DNA from: the human T2T-CHM13v2.0 reference genome, Homo sapiens
Reading direction: 5' to 3' (one strand)
Assembly: GCF_009914755.1 (NCBI RefSeq)
Contig: NC_060942.1
Length of the DNA stretch: 64,000 bases
A model generated the notes under the pieces. That model saw only the letters and a program-made list of their open reading frames with translations. It was not told the origin of the DNA and made no database searches. How positions within the stretch are numbered: position 1 is the stretch's first letter; every line of letters starts with the position of its first letter. The position numbers were made by a program, and so were the translations under genes. Shown in pieces: positions 58,490 through 64,000 of the stretch.

Positions 58490-60835
58490 TATTTCTTTCT
58501 CTTGTGTGATTGCTTCAGCTAGGACTTCCAGTACTATGTTAAATAACAGTAGTGAAAGGTCCTTGTTGTGTTCCAGATCTTAGAGGAAAGGCTTTCACTT
58601 TTTCCCCATTCTGTAAGATACTAGCTGTGGGTTTGTCCATATAGGGCTTTTATTTTGTTGAGGTATGTTTCTTCTATACCCAGTTTTATTTTTAGGGTTT
58701 TTATCATGAAAGGATATTGAATTTTATCAAATGCTTTTTCAGCATCAATTGAAATGATCATATGGTTTTTGTCCTTCATTCTGTTGATACAATGTATCAC
58801 ATTAATTGTTTTGTGTGTGTTGAACCATGCATGCTTGCATCTCTGGGATAAATCCCACTTCATCATGATGAATGATCTTTTTAATACATTGTTGAATTCA
58901 GTTTGCTAGTATTTTGTTGAGGATTTTCTGCATTCATGTTCATCAGGGATATTGGCCCGTAGTTTTCTTTTTTTTTTTTTAATGCATCTTTGGTTTTGGT
59001 ATCAGGGTAATACTGGCCTCATAAAATGAGTTTGGAAGTATTACCTCCTCCTTTATTTTTTAGGATAGCTTGGGTAGGATCAGTATTAGTTCTTCTTTAA
59101 ATGCCTGGTAAAATTCATCATTGAAGCCATTGGGTCCTGGGACTTTCTTTGCTGGGCTTTGATCTCGTTACTTATTATTTGTTATTATTTAATCTCGTTA
59201 CTTGTTATTGGTCTGTTCAAGTTTTGGATTTCTTCATGGTTCAATCTTGGTAGTTTGTATATATCTAGGAATTTATCCATTGCTTCTAGGTTTTTCAGTT
59301 TATTGGTATAAAGTTGTTTATTGTAGCCTCTAATGATCCTGTGAATTTCTGCAGTATCAGTTGTAATATCTCCTTTTTCATAACTGATTTTATTTATTTG
59401 GGTCTTTTCTCATTTTTCTTAGTAAAATGTTTATTTATTTGGCTATTTTTTCTTAATAAAATGTTTATTTTGTTTATTTGGGTCTTCTCTTTTTTCTTAG
59501 TCTGGCTAAATGTTTGTTGACTTTGTTGATTTTTTTTCAAAAAGGGAACATTTTATATCATTGACCTTTTGTATTTTTTTCATTTCAATTTCATTTATTT
59601 CTGCTCCAATCTTTATTACTTGTTTTCTTCTACTAATTTTGGGTTTGGTTTGGTTTGCTCTTGCTTTTCTACTTCTTTAAGATGCATCATTAGGTTGTTT
59701 ATTTGAAGTTTTTCTACTTTTTAAGTATAGTTGCTTATTGCTACAAACTTTCCTCTTAGTACTGCTTTTACTATATCCCATAGGTTTTGGGATGTTGTGT
59801 TTGCATTTTAATTTGTTTCAAAAAATTTTTAATTTCTTTTTTAATTTCTTCATTGACTCACTCACTGATCATTCAGTAATGTATTAATTTCCATGTGTTT
59901 GTATAGTTTCCATGTGTTTGTTGTTGGTTTCTAGTTTTATTCCAATGTGATCAAAGAAGATACTTGATATAATTTCAATTTTTTTTGAATTTTTAAAGAC
60001 TTGCTTTTTGGTCTTACACATGGTCTATCCTTGAGAATGATCCATGTGCTGAGGACAACAAAGTGTATTCTGCAGCCATTGGATGGAATGTTCCATAAAT
60101 ATCTCTTAGGTACATTTGATCTATAGTGCAAATGAAGTCTTATGTTTCCTTTTTGATTTTCTGTCTGGATAATCTGATGAATGCTGAAAGTGGGGTGTTG
60201 AAGTGTCCAGCTATTATTGTATTGGGATCTATCTCTCTCTTTAGCTCTAATACTATTTGCTTTATATATCTAGGTGTTCCAGTTGGGTGCATATATATTT
60301 AAAGTTGTTATATTCTCTTGCTGAATTGACCCCTTTACCATTATATAGTGACCTTCTTTGTCACTTTTTATAATTTTTGTCTTGAAATCTATCTTGCCTG
60401 ATATAAGTATCAGACAAAAAAGAGCTACTCCTGCTTTTATTTTGGTTTCCATTTGCATGGAATACCTTTTATTCCTCCCTTAATTTTCAGTCTATATGTG
60501 TCTTTATAGGTGAAGTCTGTTTCTGGTAGGCAACAGATCACTGGCTCTTGTTTTTTTTTTTAATCCATTCAGCCACTCTGTGTCTTTTCACTGGAGAGTT
60601 TAGTCCATTTACATTCAATATTATTGTGGATAAGTAAGAACTTACTCCTGCCATTTTGTTGTTTCCTAGTTGTTTTGTTGTCTTCTCTTCCTATCTTCTT
60701 TTCTTTTGTGAAGGTGATTTTCTCTGGTGGAATGTTTTAATTTCCTGCTTTTTATTTTTTATTTCTTGGTTGCAGGTTTGTTTAATTGAGGCTACCATGA
60801 AGCTTGCAAATAAGACCTTATAGCACATTATTTTA

Positions 60836-61091
60836 TTTTATTATTATTTTTTTTTTCCTTTTTTTTTTATTATACTCTAAGTTTTAGGGTACATGTGCAC
60901 ATTGTGCAGGTTAGTTACATATGTATACATGTGCCATGCTGGTGCGCTGCACCCACTAATGTGTCATCTAGCATTAGGTATATCTCCCAATGCTATCCCT
61001 CCCCCCTCCCCCGACCCCACCAGAGTCCCCAGAGTGTGATATTCCCCTTCCTGTGTCCATGTGATCTCATTGTTCAATTCCCACCTATGAG
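60836..61091 (-). mobile_element. L1Hs-Ta, 5'-truncated
   Basis: Minus strand GATGAC-ACA-TTAG (60960-60962) and AACTTAGAGTATA (G at 60877); 15-bp TSD tagcacattatttta at 60821-60835 and 61092-61106. Confidence 0.95.
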
Positions 61092-63111
61092 TAGCACATT
61101 ATTTTAAACTGAAAAAAACTTAACAAGGACTCTTTAGCCAGCAGCTGATGAATTCTGCTGGGACTAGGTCCTTCCCTTCAAGGCAGTGGGTTCCCTTATG
61201 AACCAGGTGTGTTTAAAAATTTCTTCTTGGAGATAGGGCCTGGAATTGGGGTCTCCAGACTCTGCCTATTGCCTTCTTATACTGTGGCTGAGCTGGTAAC
61301 CATAGCCGAATTGCAAGGCCAAGCCCTCTTTAATAGCCTCTCTCTTCTCCTCAAGCAGAAGGAAGGAGTCTCTCCTGAGGCTGCAAGCTATGTTGCCTAG
61401 GGCTGGGGGAAAGGTGACACACTTTGGGCATCCCTGCTGGTGTCTCACTAAGTCACATGCCCCCCAAGTCCACTGGCTCTGAGCCCAGCACAGCATGAGG
61501 ATTTGCCCAGGAATTGCAGTCCTTGTGGCCTAGATTGCCTTTCAAGTTTATTTAGGACACCAGAGGGCTTTAGCCCTTTGTGGTGGGACTTCCCAGAACT
61601 CAGATTCCGACCACTGGCTAGGGCAAGTCTAAAGGCTCCCTCTGTAGGTGCCAGTCAATTTCTGCCCTGTGTTGCTTTCTGCTGTTACAGGACAGCACTG
61701 AGTTCCAGTCCAAAATCTCACAAACAACTGTGCTTTCCATCCCCCAAGCACATAGATTCTCTCTCTGTGTCATGGAGTTGCTGCTAGGGGGATGGGGAGG
61801 GGTGGTGTCAGCAGTTCAAGACTGTCTTTTCTACCTACCTTCTTCAGTGCCTCCTTCCTTGATAAGATGTTAAAACCAGGTACTGTGATTGCTTACCTGA
61901 TTTTTGGCTGTTATGAAGGTGCTTTTTTTGTGAGTGGGTAGTTGTTCAATTTGTGTTACTGTGGGGAGGATGATTGCTGGAGGGTTCTATTTGGCCATCT
62001 TAATCAGCCTCTTCCTCCCAGACCTTTCATCATTTTTAACTGCCTCCATATGGAGTGTATGATTCTTTCAACTACTAGTAAAGCACCAAAACTGAAAAGT
62101 AACCTGATATTTTGAGAGAGCTAGTTGCTGTCCGATGATCCAAATATCTTTGATGAACTGCTGTCATGTAGTATATCCCTGGTATCAGCTGCTGCTCTTC
62201 TCCACCTCTCTTAAATAACAAATACAATGTGTAAGTGAGAATATCACTTTCTGGAGGTAGCCAAGAAGCTTAATTCTGGTTGAGAATATCTTCAAACAGA
62301 GCTTCCAACCTAAGTTTGCAAAATAGACGAGGACCTTGCTGAGTTGACTTGCTTGGTTCCCTTAAGGGATGTGGACCCATTTGGATGGATAAAATAAACA
62401 TAGAGAAAAATCACTCAACTTGGATTTTTATTTTAGAGCTTGGCACGCATCTATCAACAACAGAACCTATCTAGTGCCAAGAGAAACAGGAATTCAGGAA
62501 AAGGGCTGTTCTTTAATAAATAACACTTGTTTGAGAAAATCTTACACGTTTACAGGAGGAACTATAGTTGTAGAGTTGGCTCAGAAAAAGTGAACATTAG
62601 AGTGTACAAAGAATAATAATTTTATTTTAACAAAATGATTCTGAATACTGTGCATTTTCAGAATATGAGGCAAAAGATTGTGAGTTTTCAAAATTTTCAG
62701 TAGATTTTAGGAATGTTTTCCTAAGTTGTATGCAAAAGACATACACTTGAAAGGTTGAACCCAAAGGTTTTATTCAAACTACTTAAAATTTCATGCACAT
62801 ATCTAATCTCTTCCAAAATTTTCTGCTTAGCAGCTCAGGCGCAGGGTTTGTGTGAAAAAACTCAGTCCTTTTACTCAGGACCCTGTGTGAAAAAATAGCC
62901 CAGATATGTGAGCTCCCAGGCAGGGTTTGGTCAGTGGCGCATTGGAGCACAGATTTTAAATATGAGTATATGGATTTTCCTTCTTTTTAATTTTGCAATT
63001 AAATTAATGGTAATAAGGGCAGAGAACTAGTTGGTGGCTGGTTTTAAATGAAGACAACATTGGCTGCGGCTGGGCCGATCCTGGCTTCTTCACTGTAGGC
63101 TTCCCATAGAC

Positions 63112-63259
63112 CAATAGTTCTCAGACTTCAGAGAACATCAGAATCCCTGGAAGCTTGCTGTTTTAGTCTCACACCGCACTCTCCCAGAGTGTCTGAGTCA
63201 TTTGGTCCGGGGTAAGCCCGAGAATTTGCATTTTTAGGAGCACAGTTAGAGAACAACTG
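63112..63259. mobile_element. MER5A-like hAT MITE
   Basis: caatagttctc...catcagaatc...gagaatttgcattt...gagaacaactg with inverted termini. Confidence 0.75.
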
Positions 63260-64000
63260 CCCTGGTCCTTTCCTGTGTGACAGTATGTTGCCTCTTGCCT
63301 CAGAGTGGGAAGCTCATTAGAAAGAAAATATTCAGTCTTTTTTTCCATATTTGCCTCAGGGAAGGCATGAACTTTTGTTTTCCAGGGGACCTTCCTTCCA
63401 CTTTCTTTTGATTTTTGTTTTTTATTGTATGCCTATTTTACTCAAGTCAAAGTGAAATCCTGCTATAACATATACTGAACTCAAAGACAGTTTGAGCCCT
63501 TCATTTCATTTTTCTTCCTTCCATCATCTTTTCTTTCTCCATGTGTGAAGCAACACCTACTACCTTTTGGGTGATTTTTCTGGACAAAATAAATTTATAT
63601 TATGCATGCCTCCTCTGCACTGCAAATAAGTGACAATGTAAATTCTTTGTGGAGTGGGAAGGAACCAGTTTTATTTTGCTCTTAGTCTTTGTTTATTGAA
63701 TTTCTGAGTGTTGTACATCAACAAACTAACTGTATACCCTTTAAGGCCAAGACCCCATTTGGACTTGTGTTTTTGGTAAATGGTTGCTGTTTATTTAATG
63801 ATGGCCTTTAACCTGGCTGCTGTTGTACATTTTTCTCATTATAATATCTTTGTCAGGTTCTTCATCCCAATGTACCCATATTTGTCACATTTGAAATTTG
63901 TCATATTCAATTTAGTATATTATTTCTAGAAACCAATTAGTGGCCATTGTTGAAGAGCCTAACAGGGTTTATGCTTTCAGTTGACTGATAGGCATACAAT

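Overview
This is human (hominid) non-coding genomic DNA. It is AT-rich and CpG-depleted, and roughly half or more is recognisable interspersed repeat. I found no supported protein-coding exon, RNA gene, CRISPR array or CpG island; the ORF track is explained by Alu/L1/LTR fragments, microsatellites or chance. The window holds about 24 Alu-family copies, many with clear target-site duplications (TSDs). It also has old L2/MIR/L1M fragments, DNA-transposon relics (Charlie1, MER91A, MER82, MER115, MER5A) and solo LTRs (MSTA, LTR33, MLT1, MST, LTR7B, MER21, MER50, THE1C, MER11C, LTR40). At 52-62 kb an LTR40 is split by two tail-to-tail, internally deleted L1s. One of these hosts a 5'-truncated L1Hs-Ta insertion with both Ta diagnostics, which points to a human sample and may be polymorphic. 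Other points of interest: candidate L1 3' transductions, two fold-back palindrome patches, a 72-bp triplication, candidate CTCF sites with upstream motifs and an AP-1/CRE/E-box cluster. I see no convincing new biological system. Repeat subfamily names come from recalled consensus similarity and need RepeatMasker/Dfam confirmation; boundaries of old repeats are approximate.
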